In this document: positions 23,961 through 37,900 of the stretch, in pieces
Position numbering within the stretch: position 1 is the first letter of the stretch
Layout: each line of letters opens with the position of its first letter
Source: Cyanophora paradoxa CCMP329
Taxonomy: Eukaryota > Plantae > Glaucophyta
Assembly (NCBI GenBank): GCA_004431415.1
Contig: QPMI01000115.1
Span: 62,001 to 126,000 of the forward strand
Length of the DNA: 64,000 nt
Reading direction: 5' to 3'
Position numbers and translations under genes: made by a program
The notes under the pieces: model-generated
Database searches by the model: none
Told to the model about the DNA's origin: nothing
The model's input: only the letters and a program-made list of their open reading frames with translations

Positions 23961-26900
23961 GCATCCAGAGCTCGAGTCAGCATCCAGCTCACAATATCTC
24001 TAGTCAACGCTGCCTCGTGATCAACTTCTAATTACCAAATTAATGCCTCCCGCAGGCGCATGCGTCGCCTCCTCCATGTGCGGAGGGCGCGAATGCTAAC
24101 CAGCTCGGCGAGGGGCTGGCGGAGCGGGCCGTCGCGGCGGGCCTCGAAGCCTTCCGCCGCTCGCGCTCGCCGATGTGGCGCTGCGCTCACGCGGACTGCA
24201 AGGAAGACAGGCGCCTCCCAGGCGACTTCCGCGAGGTGCTGCAGACGACTCAGCCGCACTTTGCAGCGTTGGACTATCACGGATGCGAGATCTGCCTGCA
24301 CCCGATCGAGGGGGCGCCCCAGTCCCAGGAGCCTCTTTTCTACTCGCGCACTTGCGGACACCAGCTGTTCCTCGAAGATAAGATCGCCGACGGTGGCGAC
24401 CCCGCCTGCTTCAACGCGTGCGTTCTCGCTTCTGATTTTGATCGTGAGTCTGCTTGTCATAAGCTTCTTACCCCTCTGCAGGGTCTTCAACCGACTCCGC
24501 GCGTTCTCTGAGCAGCTGCGCGCGGCGGGCCAGCTCTTGCCGGCGGCGGGCGTCCTCCTGCGGCTGGCGGCGTCGTTGGCGGAGTTTAAAGGAGACGAGA
24601 GGCTCCTCTGGCGGTACGAGCTCAGCGGCGCCGACACGAAGCTCGTCAACAGCAGGGAATTTCAGCAGCGCCGGCCTCAGGCGAACGCTTGCGCGGACCA
24701 CGCTGCCGAGTGCCTGTCCAGCCTCTGTGTGAGCCCCTTCTGTTTCTATCTAACTATGAGTTCGCGCCTTCAGCTCACACGCGTACGTTGAGCAGCTTAT
24801 CGCCATCGACGAGCGCGTGAGCGCCCAGCAGCGAACCCTCCTGGCCACGGCGGCGCTGGAGATCGTGGACAGCTTCGGGCTTCGGCGGGACATCGTCGAT
24901 GCGGCCGATTCCGAGTTGCGTTTCGCGGACGATCCTTCCCTGTGCGATCTAAATGGTAGCTCTCACTGGGGCGACGGCGTCCGGACCGTCGTCCTGCGCC
25001 AAGCGGCCCGCACTGTCGTCCGCGCAGCGCGCATGGTCTGCGCTTCGGAACGCTTTTCTTGTCACGTTGTTTCGTCTAAAATCCGACCTGGGCAGACTCG
25101 CACCACCTGGGACCACCCGGCCCTCCGCGCCGCGCTCGCCGAGCCCTCTCCCTCCGCCAGCCTCGAGCTGCTTCGCCTGGAGCTCCCCCTCGATCTCAAG
25201 ATGCGCTGCCGCTACCTGCTTGAGCGCGGTGAGAAGTTTTGCTGGGTATTAGATTACAAGCTCACATGGACATCAGGCCGAGCACAAGAGCACCTAAACC
25301 TGTCTCGGGCCGGCGTCTTCTTTGAAACTCTGGTGCGCGGGCGCGCGCTCGCGATCGGTACACGCACTTGTCTGCTGAAATCGAACTTTGGTGTCAGGTT
25401 GGCCGCCCCGGGGACGCTGGAGCTGTCGCTGCCGTCCTCGAGCTCGTCGACAAGCACCTCCCGCTCCTCTTTGACGCCGACAGGCCGAATTTGGCCATCG
25501 TCGGCGGCAGCGGCTTGTTATGCGATCGCGAGTGCACACAGCTTGCAAGCTCTACTGCTGGACTCCACAGCCCCCTTTGCACTCGGCGGCGGTGTCGCTC
25601 GGTCTGGCAAAGCAGCGGTCGACTCCGGATCCCCTTGGAAGGCTCCGATTGGAGACAGCGCCAGAGGGTTGTCATGATTCTCGACTCGGCAATCAACATT
25701 GCAAAGACTGTCGAGGCTCTGCAGCAGCAGCTCGCAGCAGCGGGCGACCATCTCAGCGTGCTCTGGCTCAGCCTGGCGCTCATCACCCTCGGTCGCGATG
25801 AAATTCCTGACATTTACCTCTCGAGTCCGAAGGAGGTCAATCTCGTCCAGCTCCTGATCCGTTCCGGCCTCGCCCTCCGTTCGACTTCGAGCTCGCCCAC
25901 GTCGCCGCCGCCGCCGTCCCCCGAGCGCGAGTCGGCGGAGGCGCTGCGGGTGGCGGGGCTCCCGCTGGCGGACGCGTTCGCCGCCTGCGCCCAGCGGCCC
26001 GACGTCGCCCTCGAGGCGGCCCTCGTTCGCCTCGCCAGGACGGGATCGCTGCCGTACAAGTACTTTCATCAGGACTGCTATGTATTGCTTTCGGCAAGCC
26101 TCAGGATCGATGGCAAGGCGGAATCCCCGGCGCCGCAATTCTGGTGCACGCCTCTGCAGGAGGCTGGCCTCGGTGCATTATCGACAAGGTGCTTTACTTT
26201 CGATTGCAATTGCACTTCACATGACACCTGCTTACCTTTGTCTTTTTTATATCATTGCGCCAGATTCTTCCTGCACAATGCCAACCTTGCCACTGCTTGC
26301 TCGATGTCCGGTCGCTACGACAGAGATGGCCCTGAACCACACGACAGCTACCTCAGCAGGATCGGCGATGCGCTTTTCGGCCCCTTCTCAGCCGAGCCGG
26401 CAGCTATGGCCAGCCCGGCCCACGTCCTCGATGTCGCCGTGTCGCTTCTTGCGGCGCGGCGGGGAGCAGCGCTCAGCGTGCTCGGCGAGTGTCAGCCGGC
26501 TCTGCCCCAGCAGTACGAGACGCTGTTGCTGTCGTGCGCGCTTCGCCTGGACGCCCTGGATCGATTCGACGACGCGCTGCGGCTCGTCTCTGCCCTGCTG
26601 GAGATGGCCTCGGAAAGCAGCGACGCAGGGGCCGACGCCCGCAGGAAGCTCTGCCTCGATCTTCTCGTCAAAACGGACATTTTTAACGGGCCCCCGTTTA
26701 AAAGACTGTTATCGATATTCGATGATTTCGACCGGCTTTCCGCTCGCGACAACAGACCAGCACTCGTGCGCTATTCACGTTCATGCTCACTTTCAGCTTT
26801 CGATCGTCACTAACTATAACATCTCATGATCAACTATAACTGTTCATGATCATCGTCACAATCCAGGTCGGAGCTGTGGGGCTGGATGCCATCCGTGCAT

Positions 26901-29778
26901 TTCTGGACAGCAAAGCAGCCGCGTGGGCGTTCTCGAATGCGGACAACACATTCTCTCTTCAATTCGTGAATTGCGTTTTGCGGTCGCATCTTGCTGGGCA
27001 CGGCGGCTCGACCCTGTGCGAAAATTCCACAGTTTTCGGAGATGCGAGCCAGGAGCGGCGGCTCACAACAGAGGCTGTAGAGGCCCTCTTAGACGTCAGC
27101 CGCCAACAGGAGGGCGAGAGCACCGATTCCGTGCCCGGATACCTTGCGCGTGTCGTCCTGCAGCAGATGTCAAAGGTCGGCCGCACGCTCAGCTTGCCGT
27201 GCGAGGAAGACCAAGTCGACCTCATCCTCCGATACTCCGTTCTGCTCGACCAGAACGGAGACGTGGAGGGCGCCGCCGGCCTGGCCTTCTCCGCCATAAT
27301 ACGCTGTAGCGAATGGCCGCACTTCACGTATGCAGTGCGTGGCCAAGTTGATGAACGGCGTCTTCTCTGCTTTTCCGCATTTCCTCGCAGCTAATTTTAA
27401 CGCGTACGTGCGTTTCCGCGCAGCTTCGCCACCTCGACATCGCGGCCCCGCGCCTGGCAGAGCTCTGGGGCGTCTCCTCAGGCGGCGTGGGCTTCGCAAC
27501 ATTGCGGCGCCGTCTCTTCGGGCGCTTTCTGGATCGCTTCACGGATCTTCAGACGCCCTGCCAGCCCCGCGATCGCATCCCGGAGCCATGGGCTCTCAGC
27601 AAATCATTCGCGGAGAAGGTCGTCGGCATGGGGCGGGTGGACCCGCCCCTCGTCGACTACTTCCTCGCGGCGAAGATCGGCGTCGCTGCCTTCGCCAACT
27701 GCAGCGTTCGATTGCGAGCCCGCAACGAGCCCGAGTGGCACTCCTCCTTCGACCTCGGCTGCCCCCCCCTGTGGCGGCGGGTCCTCGGAGAGCTGGACGT
27801 CATCCTCCGTTCCGAAGATGCCGGTCCGTTCCCTTCGATCGCGCTTCCGTTTCTGACATCGATCTGCGGCGCGCGCAGTGGCGGAGGAGGACCGGGCCGA
27901 CGCTCTGCGGCTGGCAGAGCTCGTGTGGGACGCCTGCCCCTGCGTCCAGGCCGTCTGGGTCATGCAGAGCGCCCTTGCTTCCGGCGACGACGACAGCGAA
28001 GATCGCTACGAGAGCTGGCTGAAGGTGCTAACGAACGTTGCCTAATCTATCTTCGAGCCTTAAGTTGAGAGAATGTACCATGCAGTCGATTCTCAAGAAA
28101 CTCAATCAGAACGTCCACTTGATCTTTGCCGGCGGTGCGCTCTTTAATCGTGATTCGCCGTCATTTAAATGCATTTTTTCGTGTCCTGCGCCTTTGTCTG
28201 ACGGATCGGGGCCAGAGCTGCCCTCGGAATGCCAGCCGCGGTGCAACCTGCGCGTGTCAGGCGAGGCCGCTTTCACGGCCCGATTGGTCCTCGCCGCCGG
28301 AGCGCTTCTCTTCGCCACGTAACTCACATCCCGGCTCAAGAAACACATCGTTTTGCGATGATTTGAAGCTTATCACGAACACAGCGAGGTGACTGACTCG
28401 GAGGGGCGCGCCCGGGTCGAGGCTGCGCTCGGGTTGGACGCGTCCTCGAGCCCGGCCGGCGGTGTGTCCTCGTTGATGCTGCTTGCGCGCTGGTGCAAGC
28501 TTGCGCACGCGGCCTACTTCGAATTTGCAGGCGACATGCCTCCCTTGTTGTATGCATTATTTGTTGGCAGCCATCGATATCGATGGGCTTCGAATTCGCC
28601 CGGCCCACCTAAAATTCTCTCCAGCGACCCTGATCATGACGATCTGGCGGGGGATCTGGCGTTCGTCTGGCACGGCTCCGCGGACATGGACGGGCCCGTC
28701 AAAGTCCTTCAGCTCTACATGTTCTACATTACTGCCGTTGCCGGGCCTGAATCCGAATTCGAAGCTAGGCGCTTTGGACCGGGGCCCGGACCTGCCCCTG
28801 GCGACGGTGCACATGCGTCCGAGGACCGCTACACCGTCGAGCAGCTGGCGGCCCTCGGCAGGAGGATCCTCTCGCACCAGCGAGAGGCGATAGAGGGCGA
28901 GTACTGCGAGGACCCGGGCTGCCGCCTCTGCCGGGGCGCCGGCTGGTGGCCCTGGCGCTGCGCGCGGGGGAACCTGGTCCTCTTCTCCCCGGAGCTCCTC
29001 GGAGACCCGATGGCCCGCCTGACCACGGACATCGCGCTCCACTTCCCCTGGGTGCCTGGCCCTTGGCCCTAAGACCACCCCCGCTTTGACTGAGACCGCG
29101 AGATTATAAGCACCATCTAGAGCTAGAGCTTCTTGGATCTTTATATGTATGGCTATCGCTCACATCAGCTTTTTAACGTCTCACCTCGCGTTCTCTACGT
29201 GCAGGGGGAGGACGAGAGGGCCGAGATGGCCCACAGGATGGGTGTGGCCTACGCGATCGCGAAAGCTACGGCGGTCGCCGAAGCAGTGCGCGCCCGCGGC
29301 GCCGGCGGCATGCCCGAGAGCGAGCGGGAGGCGCTCGTGCAGTCGGCCCGCAAGGCGCGGTCGTTTTTCATAATTACATTTAACGTCCGACGGTCGGGAA
29401 ACGCCGCATATTTGAACCGCCCGCCCGCTCGCAGGCGTACATCGCCGCCCGGATCGTGACGCAGGAGCTTAAGCTGGTGTTTCCCGCCCTCACCCGACCC
29501 GAATTCCGCAGCGAGCACTCTTTCGAGGTCCGAGTCGTCCCTGCCCTCCGGTGCGCTTCCCCTTCCACTCGATACCTCGATTTAAATTCAAACTTGTGTC
29601 CGGATCCTTCATTGACCGACTTCTCACTTCTCCGTGCGAACGCGCGGCGGGGCGCAGGAGGCTCGAGATCTTCTCGTCGTTCCTCCCGGCGGATCCGGCC
29701 GCGCCGGCGCCCACCGTCGACATCGACGCACCCGCAGCTGCAGCGCCCGCTGCGCTTGGCTCTGGAGGAGCGCCCTAG
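22593..29778 (+). repeat. Left arm of a ~7.2 kb inverted gene duplication
   Basis: Reverse-complement similarity to 41618-48597, from cgagcgATGca(..)gcccttagc through ..ggaggagcgcccTAG. Confidence 0.95.
22599..29778 (+). CDS. Large unknown protein with an N-terminal SWIM-like Zn finger and long helical body, copy A (multi-exon; may be more than one gene)
   Basis: ATG at 22599 (..ERYAKRARL.., NLS-like). SWIM-like VTCTGAACRESLGLCPHAAACLL at ~23265-23333. Long Leu/Ala-rich helical ORFs (24817-25677, 25368-26813, 26846-27394, 28389-29072). Reading frames are conserved in the inverted copy. Confidence 0.7.
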
Positions 29779-31900
29779 GCCCCAGGCCGTAGTTATTATA
29801 TATCACGTATACGAGAACTGCAGACGTAAATGTAGAAAGAGCCGAACAAATACATATGCATAGCAGCTGTGCCATGCCTAGGGAGCTCGCGGCCAGCGCT
29901 CTTTTTCTCACGAGGGGCGGAGGGCGCGGAGGCTTTGAGGGAGCGGACCCGGAGCAGCTCCGATCGCGAGCCGGGGGTGTTGGGGGCGAACTGCTCGCTT
30001 TAATCCTGATCGATAGATGTGGTTCCCTCAGATGCATATGTTGACGGTATCTCTAGCTCTAGCTCTTCTTCGTGTCGACGACTCGATGTCTGTCTAGATC
30101 TTGCATGCAAGCTTAAGCCTCCAGCTGTACATGAACATGTAAATCCATATGTCTAGTCTAGCCTTTACTACCAAGGGTACGGTAATGCAACCTGGCATGC
30201 GCAGCTGGTACATGCACATGCATACCGCGTAAGCGCTTCCGACAATTGCAAGACAATGCAAGTTCTAGTTCAAGGTTCATTGACAATTGCAAACCGGACC
30301 CGGGAGGCGGACCGGAGTCACCGACTCACCGGACGTCACCGGAGGCTCCGGAGCCCGAGCCTCGAGCTCCCTGGCCCCTGGCCATGGGCCGTGGGCCGTG
30401 GCCCTCCGAGTCGGGCTCCGACTCCCTCAGATCGCGATTCGCGATTCGCGAGTCCCGACTCCCGAGCCTCCGAGGCTCCGACTGTCGGACGTCGACTTGG
30501 GCCGTGGTCCGAGGAAATTCGGAAATTCCGGGGGAAATCGAAGATCCTGCAATTTGGCTGCAAAAAAAGGCGTTCGAACTTCGACTTCGACTTCATGCAA
30601 TCACTCCGTCACGTTGACGTCAGACGTCGACATCGTCGCCAACTTACGTACGTCACGTACAGTACGCGTACGTATACACTGTGACTCAGTGACAGTATAC
30701 GTAGTCTAGGCAGTACTAGTGTACAGTAACTTCAGGGTAAGCCTAGCGTAACAGCCACCTACTGGTACTACTTAGTACTTAGTAGCTTCCATAGCCTAAT
30801 AAGCCTGTATATACTATGCTAGGCCGTCGGGCAGCCCGGGCTAGCCTACTACCTACTACTAGTAGTAGGCTACTACCGGGCCTACTAGGCTACTTACCGG
30901 CCCGGCGGCTGCCAGGCTCAGCCTGGCAGCGGCTCAGTGTGCCAGGCACTGCCAGCAGGCGGCTCACTGAGTCAGCCGCGGGCCGCGGCCCGCGGCTGCG
31001 CATGCGCCGGCTGGCCGCGGCCGTTAGCGACCGTCGGACGCGCCGACTCGGCGTCGAGTCGGCGACGCCTATTTATTAGTATAGCTAGCTAGCGTGACGT
31101 CGCGGCGCTTCGCGCAGATTGCCAAGTTGCAAGATCGCGTCGTCATCGCGACTCTCGGCGAATTCGAGAGCTTGTCGAACTTCGGAACTGAGCGCTCGCC
31201 GAGTGGCGATCGGCCGGCCCGGCGGTCTGCATGGTGGCCCGCGCGCGGATTACGTATCCTTCTCAACGCCGCGCGCGCGCGGCCCGGCGGCGGGCCGGCG
31301 GCTTCGACTCGGCGATGCTCAGGCGCGCCGCGCAGCATTGCCGCTGAGCATTGCGCGCATGCGCGCATTGCAGATTGCAGCTTTATGGCTGCGCATGCAA
31401 TTTGAGCTTCTGATCGCATCGCCGAGTCAATTTCGCGAGATCGAGAACTAGAGCTCATCAAGCGCCGCGGCAGAGAAGCTTGCCAAGCTGAAATTCGGAA
31501 GCTGGACGTCGACAGCCTGGCCTGGCAGCTGCAGGTAGCCTGCAGCTGGGCGCTGTGCAGGAAGCCTCAAGGCCTGTGCAAGTGACAGTAGGGCTATAGC
31601 TAGCTATAGCGTATACGTAAACTTCGTGCGCGCAACCTTCAGCTGCAGCGAGCTCGAATGGAGGATCTAGGGAAAGGCAGGGCAATAGACGAGGAAGCGC
31701 CGTCTCCGCAGAACCGCTCGCCTCAACCTGCTCCCAATTGCAAGTCCACGTTACGCGGCCGCCGGGCGTCTGGAGCCGGCTCGGGATCCGACTCCCGATC
31801 AGGTCCGTTACTTGCAATATTAATGCCGCGCGCGTGCCCGGGGCCGCGCATGCCTTGGCCTGTAGGCATCGCTAGCTGCGCCAGGTTCATCATCGCACTC

Positions 31901-34900
31901 ATGAGCACGCATGTCCATCCACTTGCCCCTTCGTCGCCAGTGGTGGAATCGACGTCCGGCCAGCGCTTCCTCTCGCTCTTCGAGTCCCTTCGCTTCAGCC
32001 CGCGCGAAGAGGTGTGCACGCGTACGCGTCGCGTCTGCCTCTCGTCCGATCATTCACATTTGCGCAGGCTCTATTTGGGCTTCTTTACAGGTGCGAATAG
32101 AATAATCATAATCTAAATCTCGCGTTCGCGCGCGCGCGCGATCTTGTTCTGAGAAAGGGTTTCGCGATGAATTAGCATGGTTGAAAAGACATGCAGGCGC
32201 TTCGGAGAGCTCGAGCCTGCAAGATATAGATCCGGACGACGCGGAGGAGTTGGAGGCGGCGAAGGTGCCGGCGTCCTATGTTCGATTTGATATCCCTAAA
32301 AGCTTACTGTCGCTGACGGCGGATCCGTGCACGTGGCCAGGCTCGAACCCGAAGAAACAAGCTCCTCCTATTTGCAAGCTTTTCCATAATCGGTATTTTA
32401 TCCGTCCTTAAGCTTATTGGACGGCTGCAATATCGAATTACCTTGTAATTGATTCCGGTCCACCGATCGCGATGCGCAACAGAGGCAGCTCAGCTAATCG
32501 CCATCGTGATTTCCCCCGCGACGTGGCCCGACGAGATCATGGGCTGGATCAGCCGCGTCACTGCTCTATCCAGGGTCAGCGAAACACTCTAGCTTCAATG
32601 CTCTCATTCCAGCTTGTTTGAACGACAATATCAAATTAATAGTGATGAAACTAAAATCCGCGCGCAGCTGGTGTTTAGGAACAGCCGGGCTTTCACTGCG
32701 CTTTACTGGGCCTCCGGCGCCTGCGTCGCCGCCATATTCTCCTTGATAGCATACGTTCTCTACACGCTCGCACAGGTATATAATTGTCTCTTAATTCTCC
32801 AAGCTTCAATTTATCTTTCCCGCGGCCGCCTTCTTAATTTACCTGTGCTGCGCAGCGGAAGTACAGGGCGGGCCCCATGCGCCTGCTGCGCTTTCTTGTC
32901 AAGATTGTTCTCCTTCGCGTCTACATTTCGATCCTCCAGCTATTCTTTCGACCCTTTGACTGCGCTAGCCTCTCCGGCACCGACATCGCTTGCTGGACGC
33001 AAGCGTGGGTTCGTGACATTTAAGCGGGCCGAGCTCGCCAATCTATCTCCATAGTTGTTCAATGGCTGAATTCAAAAACAGATACCCTATTTTTCGGGCT
33101 CGGTTCTTTTCCTCGGCTTCACGATTCCATTCGTCTTAATTTTCTCTCTCTTGTTCCACGGTGCAAACTCTTCTGATTTCGAGCCTTGTTTTTAACGTAG
33201 TTGGATTCACGCTTGAACGATCAGATGCCAATCCGAACTCCCCCGATTTTGACGGCAAGAGCTCTGGTACCGGCGACTTTCTTTCGACGCTAGTTCAGAC
33301 CGTTCTCGCAATTTCAGCGACATTCCTCGGGTATAAATACATATATATGCGCTCGAATATGTGCGAAGGTCGAAGCTCGATACAAAGGCCTCCGCAGTTC
33401 GACGGAATTAGAGCAGTCTGGGCTCTGCATGATGGTTTTTGTTTTTGTGGGCGGTCTCGCTGCCTATGTTTCAATTGTACAGGTGAGCCAGTCGATTTCG
33501 AGTCAGCATTGTCACGATCGCCGATCGCGAGTCGAGTTTGCTGTCTGCTAACGTAGCCTTTTCGCATTTTCGACCCTTATCAGCCTTATTTCAAGCCCCA
33601 GAGGTGAGAATTCATTTTACTGCAGCCGGTCGTGATTCGGCTCTAAATCTGATCTAATACAAATGTGCACCCAGCAACGATCTCAGAGCAGGCCTTTATT
33701 CTCTCGTATCCTGCTTTGCTCTTTGGACTTTTGTCCTTTCGTTCTTAGAAGGATTGGTGCGCTTGCCGTCCCACTCAGAACAATAATGTTGCCTATCGCT
33801 ATTTCAAAGTTTCGACCTCACGATTACAGACTGCTATTATTTTTGGATGCATCGGGATCGCCCTTTGCCCCGCATTCTTTTACATCGGCTTCCTCGTCAC
33901 CCGTGCGTCGCACTCACTCGAGATTTGGAATATGTGTATATTTGCAATTGGTTGAACTTGAACACACAAACCCTCGCGTGTGCAGGCAAGAGACGCCAAT
34001 TGCTGATAGCGTTCCACGATCTCTGGTCGTCGCGAGAGATGGAGTACTTGGAGAATATAACTTCGCAAAACCCGGAGGCACTGCGGACTCCGTCGAGCTC
34101 GACGCACATGAATCGGGATGCGCCTCCCACTCTGAAGTTCAAGAGCCCGTTCTACTTCAAGTGCGGTGCGTAAATACAGCTTGTTTTATATTCGCAATAT
34201 ACGCTGGAAGCACACGTCTGCGTTATAATCGAAACGATCGAGCCTTGCAACTGCAGACGTACAAATCGCGGCCGGGTGCTTTGCCTCCAACGCATCCGCC
34301 GCGTCACTGGATCGGGCGGAGCTCATCTTTCAGCGGGTGCGCGTTCTCAGCAGCTCCCTGGTATTTAAAGACATTTCCATTTTAGGGTTTAGAGATATCG
34401 ATTGCGTCGTCTCGTCGAAGAAGAAGCTGAAGTCCGATTCGTTTTCGCAGGGGTGCGAGCAGTTCAAACACGCGGCCGACATCCACATTGTATTCGCTAG
34501 CTTCCTCCTCGCTCACTCGTGCGCTCCTTAAAGCTTGCAATTGCGCCTACCTGCTTATTTCTGAACTAAGACCAAATCTGCGATTCAAATATATTAGGAG
34601 GAAATCGAAAACGGCGGTGAAGCTGCTTAAGCGGGCCCTCCAGCTCAGCCCCAACATTCAGCTTCGGTTCCGGCTGGCATGCATTCGCCGGAACGCCGAG
34701 CAACGCTCGCACGGGAGCGACCTTGGCTCGTCGAATGGGAAAGTGGTGCGCGCGCACGGTAACGTGCAGAAATCCTGCAGCTGTGAGCAGATATCTTTTG
34801 ATAACTAGTTGCAATTGCCCCGCTGTGCAGAACTTCATCAACATGCTCCAGTTCAAGGGCCTCCACAACGAGGCGCTGAAGTCGGCGAACGCCACGCTAC

Positions 34901-37900
34901 GAATGCTGAGGCGGTTCTGGCGGCAGCTCGCGTCGGCTCGCAGCCTTAATTCGGCGCTCCTTGCGTGCGCATGCGCGCCTTCGAAGCAAGATTTCTGACC
35001 TTTTTTGAAAAGAGCTCATTTGATGATGTAATCTGCAGCGAGGTGCCCGCGAGGCTCGAAGAAATCATGAAATCAAAGGAGGTCCGCAGCGCTGAGCTAT
35101 AAATGTTGTTTTCCTAGATTGATATGGCGCCTTCGAATTCTTGAAAGCTAATTATAAAGGGATTTCAATTCGCAGCGGGCGGAGGCGCTTTTTGCGCAGC
35201 TTGTACAGAGCTACCCCAACTCAAAACAGCTGTGCGCATGCGCTGTAGCGGACAATATTAATAGCACTTATATAATAATCACAGTATGATGTTCCGCAAT
35301 CGAATTTTCCGCTGATGAATTCGTCAGGAGGATCGCTTATGCTCAGTTTCTGGAACAAGTCGCAAACCAGCCGGATCAAGCTGCCATACACATGCTGAAG
35401 GCAGAAGAAATAAGTGAGTGAGACGCTGAGCGGCTGGTCTTCGAACGTTTGCGCGTATTAGTTCAGCTGATGAGCCACGGCAGGCGAGAGGGAGCGGAGA
35501 GCAGCGCTAGGGGAAAACGGGACCGACGGCGATGACGCGCAGAGCGTGATCGATGACCAGAGTAGCTATTACGAAGGGGAGGAAGACCGCGACAATGCGA
35601 TCGAGAAATCCGAGGCACGCGTACGCGCGCAATCGCTTCAGCGCGCGCCCTGTTAAATTCAGAAGCTCAACTTCAATATGAATTGCAGGATCCGGAGCTT
35701 GATCGCGAGCAAATACAAGACTTGGAGGCTGCTGTTGACCTAGGCGCCGATGTGGGCCCGCGGGAAAGAGTGACCCGCAAGCATTCGAGCTCGCTGCTTG
35801 CGATCGGATCCTCGAGTTCGACGCACGTCCACAGCCCCGAGCGCGCTGCGATACGCTCGTTCCCGGTCTCTCCTGGCCATGGTGCCGCGACTTCGAGCTC
35901 AGTCACAGCTCGGAGAACAGCAGGTCTGAAAATTCGAAGTGTACGTTCGACTTTTGCATGCCCCCTTTACTTGCAAATTGAAGCTTCGACGATACGTTCT
36001 TCAACGTTCACATAATTATAACCGCGTGCAATGCATTCGCAGAATGGAAAGGAGGCGCTTGTGCTGATGCGGCGCGGCGTGGTTTTCGGCCTTGCAACAA
36101 TCGCCGTGCTCTGCATTGCCTCTTTCCTGGTTATGAAGGTGACTTTTTATTACCCATTTGGGTTTACATGGTTTGCGACATTAATCTGAATTTGAATCTT
36201 CCGCATTATATAGTTTCTTCTTGAAGATTTTCGCGCGAATTTGGAGCTCAATCGCGGCGCCGCTCGCACCCGTCGAATGCTCATGGTAAGCCGTTGAGCG
36301 TTGCGACATCACTGATTCTTGAAAACGCCTTGAATTTCCTCTGGGGACGCCACTGAGTCGACTGAAACGTCGCTCTGTTCGAATTCTACAGGACGCGATC
36401 TTCCACGCGCGGACGCTGCAGCTTGCCGGCGCGAAAAACGACACACAGTCGCTCGCGAGGGCAGTCCGCAGCCTCACGGGCTCGTGCACTCAATTTCTGC
36501 AGAACGTCCAGGGGCTCGTGCTCGGGTCGGGCGAGGCTGGCCTCCCCAAGGTCTAGATCTTCGTCTCATGTGGCATGCCAAATCTGTAAAAGAGATCGTC
36601 TAACTTTGGTTTTACACAGAAAGCGCCGAGGTTGCTGGAGCTCTGGACGCAGACGGGGCTCGTGCAGCTGGAGGTGTACCTCGCTGGACAGACGATCAAG
36701 CGGCCCAGTAACATATTCGACGGCAGCCGCGAGCTCGCGACCGCTTGCGCGTGCGTCAGTCTGGCAGGCTAGGGCTAGCGCTCTGTCAACTGTGACTCTG
36801 TTCGAGAGACACACTATGATATGACCATCAGATTTAATTCAGGCTTTCGAGAGAAATCTGACGCGTGATTCTCAGTCAGGTGGCGGCGTTGCCTGCAAAA
36901 GAACTTTCCATTGCGGACGACTCCCCCCCTTTCCGGTTCCTGATGCGCAATCCCTTCAAATTCATCGAAGCTCTCGCGTACGTCACCCCTCGCTGGACAT
37001 AGAACCTCGAATTAACTTGGAATTCTGCTCTGAATTTTCGAAGGCCTGTGGCGCTGGAGTTCCAGACCGAGGTCGTTCGCCTTGTCTTCAACAGCACGCT
37101 CATACTCAGCGGGCTCCTCGGAGCCCTCCTTCTCGTCATCCTGCTACTCATTGTCTTCGTTTTGCGTCCGGTAATTATATGTGTACATACAAGCTCAAGC
37201 TTCATGTAGTTTGTTAACATGGGTTGCCACTGGCACAGACGTTCCGCAAAGTAGCTGACAGTCAGCAGGGTGTGGTGAACATTCTCTCAGGTGCCCATGG
37301 GCATGGATAGCCACGCTGATTGTCGAATCGCCATCGCTAACGTTCAGCCTTCTACCCTCTTTCACGATCAGGCATTCCTAGACACGGTGAGCGAATTCGA
37401 ACGCATGTAATTTATTCGAACCAGCTGCTGTAGTATTATTTATAATGTCGTCCACTGCCACAGTTCTGCGGGCTGTCGCCCGGCACTACGCAATGGCGTC
37501 AAAGCTGCAAGACAAGATCGGCAGCACGGTGCGCATGCGCCCCGCATCCGGACCCCTTATATTGTTGGGCGTCGACGCGAACAAATACATTTATCCCTTC
37601 GTAACATTATTGATATTGATTTTCCTCCAGGGAGCGGATACCGACATGGAGGCGTTCGATGAATCGGATGACGAACGGGACTACAGCAACGACGGAAACG
37701 GCGGGCAGAGCCGCTTGCAGCTGCTATCGGCCACGGGCGATCCAGCATCGGCAGGAGCTGGGGTTGGCATAGGCGATGGTAGCGGCTCCACCGTGGATCG
37801 AGTAGAATTCCCAGCTGCAGCCGATCAGGAAATACTGGAAGACTACGCAGAGTGCTGGGTTCCGCTGCCTGGGCAAGCTGGCCATGGAGACTCCCAGCTG

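Noticed and set aside
24290-24415. RING finger in copy A (CEICLH..TCGHQ..ACF)
   Set aside because: The first two Cys are Tyr/Arg in copy B (YEIRLY) and the ligand set is incomplete.
26189-26263. Cys/His-rich 'CFTFDCNCTSHDTC' metal-binding motif
   Set aside because: It lies in a 75-nt GT..AG segment with a polypyrimidine tract; probably an in-frame intron read-through.
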